The notes beneath the pieces were generated by a model that was not told where the DNA came from, ran no database searches, and saw nothing but the letters and a program-made list of their open reading frames with translations. Shown here piece by piece: positions 1 to 7,325 of a DNA stretch of 40,522 bases. The stretch spans positions 1 through 40,522 of IMG/VR virus record IMGVR_UViG_3300048790_000037. One strand, 5' to 3'. Position 1 is the first letter of the stretch, and each line of letters opens with the position of its first letter. Position numbers and translations under genes: made by a program. Source of the stretch: a virus.

Positions 1-127
1 GCTGCCTATCATACTGACAACACATGAAGACCATAAAGAGCTTATAGACAGGCTGGCATTTCAACGCGCAAAGATAAGTACACCTAACGACATTCTTTAC
101 GTGGACCTAGATGAGGTTAAGGTTGGT
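1..127. repeat. Terminal direct repeat copy 1 (identical to 40396..40522); marks circular closure of the contig
   Basis: Bases 1..127 match 40396..40522 base for base. The repeat lies inside an ORF that continues across the junction. Confidence 0.95.
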
Positions 128-208
128 TGGCATCATAAAGGTGAATTTGACATGGACGGTAACCTGGTAGTCGAAGCACCCGGTGGTAGCGAAATATGTA
201 CAGAATAA
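2..208 (+). CDS. Hypothetical protein, C-terminal part of the ORF that starts at 40358 and crosses the junction
   Basis: The reading frame from ATG 40358 continues through the repeat and ends at TAA 206..208. That TAA overlaps a downstream ATG (TAATG). Confidence 0.5.
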   Translation: MPIILTTHEDHKELIDRLAFQRAKISTPNDILYVDLDEVKVGWHHKGEFDMDGNLVVEAPGGSEICTE

Positions 209-408
209 TGCCTCACCCGGCGAATGACAGGGCAAAGTTAGTGCAGATGCATGCCGAAGGGCTTAAAAGGGCTATCGAAGCAAGAGAGCGTAATGAGCAG
301 ATGGCATACTACTGGTCCGAGGTAGAAAAAGGTCATATGGATGAGCTTAAAATGCTTGAAAACACAAAAGAGACGTTGCGCCTAAAAGTACCTGTCGACG
401 ATGTTTAA
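196..408 (+). CDS. Hypothetical small protein
   Basis: 70-aa ORF. An alternative ATG at 208 overlaps the upstream stop codon. No recognisable motif. Confidence 0.5.
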   Translation: MYRIMPHPANDRAKLVQMHAEGLKRAIEARERNEQMAYYWSEVEKGHMDELKMLENTKETLRLKVPVDDV

Positions 409-502
409 ATATTATCATTGATAGATTTAGCCCATACACTATTGTGAGGGCATTCATAACACAACATAATGTGCAATTATCGGACCATAAACAGGGTAAA
501 AG

Positions 503-865
503 ATGAGAGATCCATATGAAGAAGTAAGTGTACTAAAAAGCCTGCCCAATCCGGGCGAGAGAGTGCTTGCCTATGGACATCACACCTACTGTTGTGAATT
601 GGATATGGACGATGAACCCGACTGGCACGAGGTGTTTTTTAGGTTTAATATAGTTTTTTACCGTATTAAAAAAGCCATTCCGGAGGACAAAGGAGAATCT
701 ATTTTACAGGAATATGAACTAAAAGAAGCCTGGCACACAGGGACATACCACTACGACGGCCATCTTAGAGGTGTGACGAAATGGAAAAGGATCGCTTCTG
801 AAACAAAAAAAAGGCACAACGACTTATGTCAGGTGAATGCGATGAGTGCGGTGAGCATACCGTAG
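503..865 (+). CDS. Hypothetical protein, DUF551-like pattern
   Basis: 120-aa ORF. SLPNPGERVL...GVTKW resembles the W/P...THW pattern of DUF551-type small phage proteins. An A8 run at 805..812 lies near its 3' end. Confidence 0.5.
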   Translation: MRDPYEEVSVLKSLPNPGERVLAYGHHTYCCELDMDDEPDWHEVFFRFNIVFYRIKKAIPEDKGESILQEYELKEAWHTGTYHYDGHLRGVTKWKRIASETKKRHNDLCQVNAMSAVSIP

Positions 866-1011
866 ATTGTCAGTGTAACAGAGTTATCAAGTTATCGGAC
901 AGCGATAGAGACTACTTCCTAAAGACTATGCAACATCCTCCTCCACCCAACAAGGCGTATAAACAGGCGTGGAAGAGCTATCTCAACACAAGAATAGACG
1001 AGGATAAATAA
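826..1011 (+). CDS. Small Cys-rich (CxxC..CxC) protein with a TacA/DUF1778-antitoxin-like C-terminal motif
   Basis: N-terminus is CDECGEHTVDCQC. The C-terminus IKLSDSDRDYFLKTMQHPPPPNKAYKQAWKSY resembles the conserved D...FL..L..PP.PN..L tail of DUF1778 antitoxins. The SD is weak, and the frame is reachable by a -1 shift from ORF 503..865. Confidence 0.5.
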   Translation: MSGECDECGEHTVDCQCNRVIKLSDSDRDYFLKTMQHPPPPNKAYKQAWKSYLNTRIDEDK

Positions 1012-1208
1012 TGCCAGAACCAAAACCTACCCCCCCGATAGACTTATCAGTCAAATACATGGCCTGGGACATCAAAGAGATAAGTAATAGCCTGAAAGCG
1101 CTTGTAGCGGCTTTTAAGGAATTCACAGAGACGTACGCCCTGATCAAGGCGGAGAGCGCTATTATGCCGAAGAAATCCGAGCAAAAACAGATGGAAATGC
1201 CCTTCTAA
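1011..1208 (+). CDS. Hypothetical small protein
   Basis: 65-aa ORF. Its ATG overlaps the upstream TAA (TAATG), suggesting translational coupling. Confidence 0.5.
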   Translation: MPEPKPTPPIDLSVKYMAWDIKEISNSLKALVAAFKEFTETYALIKAESAIMPKKSEQKQMEMPF

Positions 1209-1702
1209 TGAGAAACGAGAAGCCAATAGAAGCCATCAAGAACAAAGGACCTATGAAGAAACCGTCCAAGGTGGACAAGGATCTTGTCTTTAGACTAGCT
1301 CAAACGCTTCTTCCCGTCACCACGATAGCCACAATACTTAAGATCTCTCCCGGCGTCCTTATGAGGAACTTCGAGTGGGAGATAAGGAGAGGTAGGGAGG
1401 ATAGAAAGCACACCCTCGTGCAAGCTATGTGGCATAAGGCCCTCATAGAGAAAGATGGGAAGATGCAGATATGGCTGTCTAAGCAGCACCTAGGGTACAG
1501 GGATAGTGCTCCAGAGCAGGCCCAACAGGTCGTATTTAACGTAAAATGTAACGAGGTACCCACTCATGACGGGAATATTATTCATGTTGGTAGCAGCAGC
1601 AGCGGCGACACTAGCGGTTTATGTATATCTAATCAGTCAGATGACGGCGGAGTCATTGAAAATCAACTCAGCTCATATCCCGAAGGCAAAAGAGGACAGT
1701 GA
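1208..1702 (+). CDS. Putative terminase small subunit / HTH DNA-binding protein
   Basis: HTH-like VTTIATILKISPGVL followed by MQIWLSKQHLGYRD. This resembles the '...FwLKn..GwrD' signature of several phage small terminases. It lies 1.5 kb upstream of TerL, which is not adjacent. Confidence 0.45.
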   Translation: MRNEKPIEAIKNKGPMKKPSKVDKDLVFRLAQTLLPVTTIATILKISPGVLMRNFEWEIRRGREDRKHTLVQAMWHKALIEKDGKMQIWLSKQHLGYRDSAPEQAQQVVFNVKCNEVPTHDGNIIHVGSSSSGDTSGLCISNQSDDGGVIENQLSSYPEGKRGQ

Positions 1703-1890
1703 TGGACAAGAAGATACACAAGATAACGAAACTGATGAAGAAAGCCTCAGCGGACATAGCAAAAGGCCAATCGACTAAAGCTAGGAAAGTGCTTAAAGGT
1801 GCTGCTAAAAAGAACGAGGCGCTTAAAGTCGAAGACAGGGATGTGCGAGATCCTTACATAGCTAAATGTGAAAAAGCCGGGGTGAAATGA
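1699..1890 (+). CDS. Hypothetical basic small protein
   Basis: 63-aa Lys-rich ORF. Start is GTG 1699 or ATG 1702, overlapping the upstream TGA. Confidence 0.45.
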   Translation: MMDKKIHKITKLMKKASADIAKGQSTKARKVLKGAAKKNEALKVEDRDVRDPYIAKCEKAGVK

Positions 1891-2135
1891 GTAAAATGCA
1901 CCCAAACGTATGTAGAGCAATCAAATTCGCTCTAAGAAACCGTAAAACTCGCCTGCCCTCGATCAGGCCGTTTAACCAGCAAAACCTCAGAGACGCTATC
2001 TCTGCATTGAACTTAGATAGCTTGATTAGGGATGTGAGACCTTACATTAAAAACATGATCTATGAGCTTATGAAGTGCGAAACACGCATACGGCGGCTTG
2101 AGATGCAGGTGGAACGCTTATTGAGTAAGAAATAA
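1887..2135 (+). CDS. Hypothetical protein
   Basis: 82-aa ORF with an ATGA start/stop overlap with the upstream gene. C-terminal coiled-coil-like RIRRLEMQVERLL. Confidence 0.5.
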   Translation: MSKMHPNVCRAIKFALRNRKTRLPSIRPFNQQNLRDAISALNLDSLIRDVRPYIKNMIYELMKCETRIRRLEMQVERLLSKK

Positions 2136-2431
2136 TGTACCGTGTTCAATTTAAGACCAAGAAGTCTCACACCATCTACCCATACATGATAGATGAGAAC
2201 TCGCAGCTATGCATTAAGAAAGCCTTCGTCAAGTACATCAAGAAGCTAAAAGAGTACCAAATGCCCATTGAGGGGCCCTATTACTACTGTTCTTACGAGT
2301 ACATGCCCCAAGACCCATGGATGTGCTGCAAGTTGCTTAAGTATAAGAAGATTCCCGAAGCAGAAGAGATCGTGAAAGGCATTCTACCAGAGGTAGGTTG
2401 CGTACAAAGGCTTCCCGATGAGCCAGCATAG
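2135..2431 (+). CDS. Hypothetical protein
   Basis: 98-aa ORF with a TAATG overlap with the upstream gene. Confidence 0.5.
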   Translation: MYRVQFKTKKSHTIYPYMIDENSQLCIKKAFVKYIKKLKEYQMPIEGPYYYCSYEYMPQDPWMCCKLLKYKKIPEAEEIVKGILPEVGCVQRLPDEPA

Positions 2432-2714
2432 CGAATCATCGGAACCTAGGAGATCTATGACTGAAGACACTCAAAACAGCAACCTGAACATCGTCCAGGA
2501 AATCATAACGAATAGGCAGAAGATCCTTGAGGACTTCGCCAGGGCTTACCTGGCCTCACTCAGTTTCACCGAGGAGGTAGGCTTATCTCACCTAATTCAG
2601 CACATAGAGCTTCATGAGAAAGAGACGAGAAACAAGAAGGGTGAATTTGGCTTTAAATACTGGTTCGAAATCAAAAGCGGGGCGTATGGAAAAAAGGCAC
2701 GTAACAATACCTAG
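2418..2714 (+). CDS. Hypothetical protein
   Basis: 98-aa ORF with a 14-nt overlap with the upstream gene. Confidence 0.5.
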   Translation: MSQHSESSEPRRSMTEDTQNSNLNIVQEIITNRQKILEDFARAYLASLSFTEEVGLSHLIQHIELHEKETRNKKGEFGFKYWFEIKSGAYGKKARNNT

Positions 2715-2721
2715 TCGACAC

Positions 2722-2889
2722 ATGGGGATGATGTGGGGAAACCTAATTGCCATCGTCTTATCCTGGGGGACAAATCACTCCATCTTTTGGATGATCATTC
2801 ACATGTTTATAGGATGGTTTTACTGTATTTACTGGCTATTCAGTCACACCAACTTTCAACGCTGTTTCGATAATATGATGGCAACGTAA
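2722..2889 (+). CDS. Small membrane protein (two predicted TM helices); weak holin-like candidate
   Basis: An internal ATG of ORF 2614..2889 lies just after the upstream stop. The product MGMMWGNLIAIVLSWGTNHSIFWMIIHMFIGWFYCIYWLF is almost entirely hydrophobic. Confidence 0.4.
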   Translation: MGMMWGNLIAIVLSWGTNHSIFWMIIHMFIGWFYCIYWLFSHTNFQRCFDNMMAT

Positions 2890-3236
2890 TGCCTTGGTGC
2901 AAAGACGCTAGCGGCATGTGCGGATTTAGATATGGGCCGCTAAGGAGCGTTATCACTAACGATGCATGGATACTTAACCTTATATCAACGAGGGGACAAC
3001 AAATGGAAATGACTATGGAGGATAAGAAAAAATTCAGACCCACCCGTATTTTTATATCATACACCATCTATGGCTGCGTCAATGAAGCAGATATTTCAAT
3101 TCGAACCATGCATGACCTGGGAAAGGCAAAGGCGCATCTGGATGATGGCAGGTACAGGGTATTTGAGTTGATAGACGGAGTGCAGAGAGAACTCTTAGCG
3201 ATCGATCTGTCCTACACAACCTATTACGCGGATTAG
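2889..3236 (+). CDS. Hypothetical protein
   Basis: 115-aa ORF with a TAATG overlap. It ends one base before the TerL start. Confidence 0.4.
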   Translation: MPWCKDASGMCGFRYGPLRSVITNDAWILNLISTRGQQMEMTMEDKKKFRPTRIFISYTIYGCVNEADISIRTMHDLGKAKAHLDDGRYRVFELIDGVQRELLAIDLSYTTYYAD

Positions 3237-4574
3237 ATGTTTAATCAAGAGATCAACCTAGAACTTCCTGCTAACTATATAGCTAGGCCTTATCAGTCCG
3301 AGTTCTGGGCTAAGATGCGATCCGGCATCAAAAGAGCCGTCCTGGTCTGGCACAGAAGAGCAGGTAAGGAGAAAACCTGTTGGAATTATCTCATCATGCA
3401 GGCATGTATGAGAGTAGGAATATACTACTATTTTTTTCCACATTTCAGCCAGGGACGTAAGATCCTTTGGGACGGCGTAGATAAATTGGGATACCGCCTC
3501 CTAAATCATCTGCCTGAGTCTTTAATGGACGGCAAGCCCAACTCAACAGAGATGAAAATAAGGTTGAAAAATGGAAGTCTTATTCAAATTATTGGTACTA
3601 ACAATATCGACAGTATCGTTGGGACTAATCCAATCGGTTGCGTCTTTACTGAATACTCACTCCAAGATCCCAAGGCATGGGGTTTTATACGGCCAATACT
3701 ACGAGAGAACGGGGGTTGGGCGGTATTTAATTTTACTCCACGGGGGGCTAATCACGGCAAGGAGATATATGATATGTCTCGCCTTAATCCAGATTGGTAT
3801 TGTCAGCTACTTACTGTGGATGATACTCATGTCCTAAGCCGCGAAGACATAAAGCGAGAGCGTAAAGAAGGCATGTCCGAGGATATGATTCAGCAGGAAT
3901 ACTACTGCTCATTCACCCTAGGTATCGAGGGTTCCTACTATGCTAAATACGTTCAAGACGCCAAAGACGAAGAAAGAATCGGGTGGGTTCCCTGGTCTCA
4001 AAGTTCTCGTGTTTATACGGCCTGGGATATAGGATATGGCGATAGCACTGCAATTATTTTCTATCAAGTCATAGGCAATGCGATCCATATCATAGATTAC
4101 TACGAATGCCACGGCGAAGGATTCCCCCACTATGCCCAGGTACTCAAGGATAAAGCGTATATTTATGCGGATCACTACGGACCCCACGACATCGACAGCC
4201 ATGATTTTTCCAGCGGACTCTCACCAAGAGAGGTGGCTCTCTCGCTTGGTATCAAATTCACGATCCTACCAACGCTTAAAGTCAGTGTTGAAGCAGGCAT
4301 TGAGGCTGTGCGTAGTATCTTCCCACGCATTTATATTGATGAAGATAAGTGCCAGCGACTCGTTAAGTGCCTGGAAAACTACCGAAAGGAGTTCGACGAA
4401 AGATTAGAGGTGTACAAGTCTAGGCCGAGGCATGATAAATGGTCTCATGGAGCAGATGCGGCTAGGTATATGGCCATAGCTGTGAAGATCTTCGTAGACC
4501 ACAGACATGCAGGTGTAGACGATCAGACAGCAGACAGATGGTTCAGAGAAGCAATTCCTCTGTTTGAAACTTAA
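3237..4574 (+). CDS. terL: Terminase large subunit
   Basis: 445 aa. Walker A-like HRRAGKEKT, Walker B-like GCVFTEYS and a FTPRG coupling motif. C-terminal RNaseH-like nuclease motifs WDIGYGDSTAI, GPHD and HGADAARY. Confidence 0.92.
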   Translation: MFNQEINLELPANYIARPYQSEFWAKMRSGIKRAVLVWHRRAGKEKTCWNYLIMQACMRVGIYYYFFPHFSQGRKILWDGVDKLGYRLLNHLPESLMDGKPNSTEMKIRLKNGSLIQIIGTNNIDSIVGTNPIGCVFTEYSLQDPKAWGFIRPILRENGGWAVFNFTPRGANHGKEIYDMSRLNPDWYCQLLTVDDTHVLSREDIKRERKEGMSEDMIQQEYYCSFTLGIEGSYYAKYVQDAKDEERIGWVPWSQSSRVYTAWDIGYGDSTAIIFYQVIGNAIHIIDYYECHGEGFPHYAQVLKDKAYIYADHYGPHDIDSHDFSSGLSPREVALSLGIKFTILPTLKVSVEAGIEAVRSIFPRIYIDEDKCQRLVKCLENYRKEFDERLEVYKSRPRHDKWSHGADAARYMAIAVKIFVDHRHAGVDDQTADRWFREAIPLFET

Positions 4575-4577
4575 TTA

Positions 4578-4628
4578 GGGTAGGGTTCTGGCCTCCACCG
4601 CAACATATAGAGGCCCTACCCGTTTTTA
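4578..4628 (+). terminator. Intrinsic terminator after terL
   Basis: Interrupted hairpin GGGTAGGG..GCCTC / GAGGC CCTACCC, followed by GTTTTT. Confidence 0.7.
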
Positions 4629-4681
4629 GGTGAATATGGAAGCAACGATAATTCTATACCCATGTTCTTGGTGCGGAAAAC

Positions 4682-4897
4682 GTGAAAGATATACCAAAAG
4701 ATGGAAACACATACCTAACCTGGCATCCAGCGGAAGGATTGGGATTTGTTAAATGGTCAATGGGCGACGAATGTTTCTACTTTCATTCAGAACCCTCCGT
4801 ATATAAAGTTGTCACTGAGACCTGTAAGTCATTCACAGGATGGATGAACCAGTTTGGTAAATGGAATCAGATAGATCAAGCGGAGGATCAGATATGA
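4682..4897 (+). CDS. Hypothetical protein (DUF551-like W-rich pattern)
   Basis: 71-aa ORF with a GTG start and weak SD. Contains IPKDGNTYLTW...FTGWM. Confidence 0.35.
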   Translation: MKDIPKDGNTYLTWHPAEGLGFVKWSMGDECFYFHSEPSVYKVVTETCKSFTGWMNQFGKWNQIDQAEDQI

Positions 4898-5106
4898 AAA
4901 CACTATTCGCGCTAGCATTATTGGCAGGCAATCCGGGATGTTGGGACTGCGTAGGACTGAGTGATGTGGAAATTATGATGGCTTATGACGACGATTATGA
5001 TAAACACGTGGGGGATATCCCTGTAGAAGATCGGGGATATGGTACGCGTACGGGGTCCGGAGCGTGGGGGCCTGATGAAAGGCCTGGTGCTCATGCCACG
5101 GGCTAG
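4894..5106 (+). CDS. Hypothetical protein with signal-peptide-like N-terminus
   Basis: GGAGGA lies 5-6 nt upstream of ATG 4894, and there is an ATGA overlap with the upstream stop. The N-terminus MKTLFALALLAGNPGC is hydrophobic. Confidence 0.45.
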   Translation: MKTLFALALLAGNPGCWDCVGLSDVEIMMAYDDDYDKHVGDIPVEDRGYGTRTGSGAWGPDERPGAHATG

Positions 5107-5280
5107 ATTGAACTAGACCAGTCGCCGACACTGGGCTTGAGTCGGTAGGGATTGGAGATTTCCGGTCGTCTGACTTGAGCAAATCGGTCCGCATGGCGCT
5201 CTCTGCGGGGTATAGCACTCGATCCCTCAATCAGTGCCGAGATAAGGCCACACTTCTTGACGTAACATGTGTGGTTGGTT

Positions 5281-5320
5281 GGCTGTTATCCAGCAGTGTA
5301 CAGCGAAAACAGCCCTTTTT
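5281..5320 (+). terminator. Intrinsic terminator/attenuator hairpin 12 nt upstream of the RNA ligase start
   Basis: Perfect 7-bp stem GGCTGTT (5281..5287) / AACAGCC (5308..5314), followed by CTTTTT. Confidence 0.6.
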
Positions 5321-5331
5321 CTGGAGCCTCA

Positions 5332-6009
5332 ATGGAATATCCTAAGATCAATAGCCTGTGGAAACGCGAGGGTTGGTATTTCGACCAAGCTAAGAAGGTA
5401 GATAGACCTTTTCAAGAGAATAGGCAATCATTCATAGCTGGTGACTATGCCGCGCCAGAGTTTGGCAGCATAAAAAAGTGGCACGTAGAAGAGAAGGTTG
5501 ACGGAACGAATATAAGGGTTTTCTTAAGCTGCCGTATGGTAGGCGATAAGTGCACAGCGATATTCGGCGGAAGGACGGGGAATGCGCAGATACCATGCCA
5601 TCTTCTAGACTTCTTGCAGTCACATTTCTCCAAAGCAAAGACGGAAAGCCTCATGGAATTTCCGGGAGAAATGATACTTTTTGGAGAAGGTTACGGGCCG
5701 AGGATACAGGCCGCAGGAGGTAACTACCGCAAAGATCCCGGCTTGATATTGTTCGATGTGAGGATAGGTGACTGGTGGCTTAGGAGAGAAGACGTAAAGG
5801 CTATAGCGGATAAACTAGAGCTGCCTATGGTTCCTGAGATTGGTATTATGGCCGAGGAAGAGATAGTCGAATTCGTAAAGTCGAAACCACTAAGCCAATG
5901 CTCCGTCAACCCTCAGATGATGGAAGGGGTTGTCTGCAGATCAGATCCCCTAATGCTAACACGTAGTAGACAGCCCGTAATGTTTAAGCTCAAATGCAAG
6001 GAATTCTGA
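5332..6009 (+). CDS. ATP-dependent RNA ligase family protein (stand-alone nucleotidyltransferase domain)
   Basis: Covalent nucleotidyltransferase motifs: I EEKVDGTNIRV, then ILFGEGYG, EGVVCR and FKLKCK. GGAG lies 5 nt upstream of ATG 5332, which is internal to ORF 5269..6009. Confidence 0.8.
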   Translation: MEYPKINSLWKREGWYFDQAKKVDRPFQENRQSFIAGDYAAPEFGSIKKWHVEEKVDGTNIRVFLSCRMVGDKCTAIFGGRTGNAQIPCHLLDFLQSHFSKAKTESLMEFPGEMILFGEGYGPRIQAAGGNYRKDPGLILFDVRIGDWWLRREDVKAIADKLELPMVPEIGIMAEEEIVEFVKSKPLSQCSVNPQMMEGVVCRSDPLMLTRSRQPVMFKLKCKEF

Positions 6010-6272
6010 TGACTGAGAAAGACGTGTGGGATAACTTGCCCTATCACGACAAATTGACGGTCACATGCCGTATATTCGATATAATAACGTCAGGCGGACC
6101 CGCTTCCTTTAGAAGGATGATCTATGATAAGCTAGGGTTTAAAGGCGATGCATATGCACCGCTGTATGGGTCTGGTGGTATGACCATAAGCAATGCCCTA
6201 AGTTTACAGATGGATTGGGATGATCAAGGAATACAAGAAAGAGCTAAAGTCAAAGAAGAAAGATGCGACTAA
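6009..6272 (+). CDS. Hypothetical protein
   Basis: ATG 6009 overlaps the ligase TGA (TGATG). It is in frame with ORF 5994..6272. Confidence 0.5.
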   Translation: MTEKDVWDNLPYHDKLTVTCRIFDIITSGGPASFRRMIYDKLGFKGDAYAPLYGSGGMTISNALSLQMDWDDQGIQERAKVKEERCD

Positions 6273-6447
6273 ATGGACGCCCTGCACCGAATGCCCTCCT
6301 TGGTCCGGTACGTATGAATGTCAATACGATGATGGGTGGACCGAGCTGATGTTCTACTCGGGACATCCTAAGCACACCTGGTTACGTATAGGATATAAGG
6401 GCAATCAGGACGAATTAATTCAGCCGCATTTCTGGAGAAGCACATGA
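6220..6447 (+). CDS. Hypothetical protein (DUF551-like pattern)
   Basis: 75-aa ORF overlapping the upstream ORF by 53 nt. Contains KWTPCTECPPWSG...PHFW. Confidence 0.4.
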   Translation: MIKEYKKELKSKKKDATKWTPCTECPPWSGTYECQYDDGWTELMFYSGHPKHTWLRIGYKGNQDELIQPHFWRST

Positions 6448-6746
6448 ATCAGGTTGGACCTTTTAGAAGACCGAATGATACATCGACAGGTGGAGCAGGC
6501 GGAGGAGGATTAGGCGGTTATTCAGGAGGTTCAGGAATGGTCTCTGTGCAGAATCCTCCGCGTAATAGACCCTTTCCATGGCCATTGCCTTATAGCGCAA
6601 CACAAGGAGCCATAGGAGGCGCAGGAGGCATTGGGATGGTATCAGTGCCGCGGCCGCCTTATTACGGTCCTTATTTAATGTATTTTCCCTATGCCGTACC
6701 TGATCAGTACTACCGAGGACTTCCCACAAACTCATTGGTGATGTGA
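6444..6746 (+). CDS. Gly/Pro/aromatic-rich low-complexity protein
   Basis: GGAGAAG SD and an ATGA overlap. Contains a GGAGGGGLGGYSGGSG tract and two GMVSV-x-x-PP repeats. Confidence 0.45.
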   Translation: MNQVGPFRRPNDTSTGGAGGGGLGGYSGGSGMVSVQNPPRNRPFPWPLPYSATQGAIGGAGGIGMVSVPRPPYYGPYLMYFPYAVPDQYYRGLPTNSLVM

Positions 6747-6898
6747 TGCCTACAGGAATGGTATCAATTCAGCCGCCGCCTCCAAAAGTTCCCAGATCTC
6801 CTATGAGTCCTATCGGCGTTCAGAGTCCTTTTATTCCTTTTCCCAGACTGCCACTCCCTCCCGGAACCATTACCCCGCCCCAGAATGTCACGCCTTGA
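6746..6898 (+). CDS. Pro-rich 50-aa protein carrying a third GMVS(I)QPPPP repeat
   Basis: The ATG overlaps the upstream TGA (TGATG). Below the ORF-track size cutoff, so I translated it manually. Confidence 0.35.
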   Translation: MPTGMVSIQPPPPKVPRSPMSPIGVQSPFIPFPRLPLPPGTITPPQNVTP

Positions 6899-7086
6899 CA
6901 TGGACCAAAATTGCGGAACAAAAGCCTTCTAAAAATCAGCACGTATGGATATGGTTTCCTTCAATAGGTTGGTTCATAGATAGGCGTTGGAATGAGGCTC
7001 CTTGGTATCACCAACCCATTGAACAAATTGTCGGGCCGTTAGCCGTTGCGACGCATTGGTACCCTATACCTGAGAGAAAAATATGA
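6895..7086 (+). CDS. DUF551-like small protein
   Basis: WTKIAEQKPSKNQHVW...VATHWYPIPE matches the classic DUF551 pattern (W..I....P ... THW.P.PE). TTG start overlaps the upstream stop. Confidence 0.5.
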   Translation: MTWTKIAEQKPSKNQHVWIWFPSIGWFIDRRWNEAPWYHQPIEQIVGPLAVATHWYPIPERKI

Positions 7087-7325
7087 CAGCCAAGCAAGTG
7101 AAAGATTATAAGAAAGTAGCTAAACGCGAGGGCACGTTCAGCACGCTAGCTAGAAAAGAAGGCAAAGGCGCACATGAAAGATATGAGGCCGAAAAGAAAG
7201 CTGGCTTAAAGGCCTCTGCCGCCGATTCTAAGCGCGAAGAGCACATAGATGTAGATTTTGCCGTCGATAGAAAGAAAGTCGCTACAGCGGCAAAGAAACA
7301 GGCTTTAAAGGCCGGTCATCACTAA
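7083..7325 (+). CDS. Hypothetical Lys/Ala-rich basic protein
   Basis: 80-aa ORF with an ATGA overlap. It is the last gene before the counter-oriented ParB-like gene. Confidence 0.5.
   Translation: MTAKQVKDYKKVAKREGTFSTLARKEGKGAHERYEAEKKAGLKASAADSKREEHIDVDFAVDRKKVATAAKKQALKAGHH

Noticed and set aside
1-127. The 127-nt terminal direct repeat as a biological terminal redundancy (T7-like DTR).
   Set aside because: The repeat is exact and lies in the middle of an ORF that reads straight through the junction. Its length equals a commonly used maximum assembler k-mer. It is therefore more likely a circular-assembly overlap. True physical ends need read-terminus analysis.
1295-1778. ORFs 1295..1489(-), 1300..1563(-) and 1566..1778(+), which overlap the TerS-like gene and its neighbour.
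   Set aside because: They are fully nested in or antisense to better-supported coupled genes. They have no RBS and low-complexity or hydrophobic translations typical of shadow frames.
2690-2696. A dnaX-type A-AAA-AAG slippery heptamer in frame in ORF 2418..2714.
   Set aside because: The -1 frame stops after three codons. The resulting product differs by only a few residues, so there is no plausible functional frameshift product.
5107-5280. A possible tRNA or tRNA-like gene next to the RNA ligase.
   Set aside because: I could not build a cloverleaf on either strand. There is no 7-bp acceptor stem with a correctly spaced T-arm, no GTTCRA-type T-loop, and no U33 in the candidate anticodon loop. 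The region is kept only as an unexplained structured leader.
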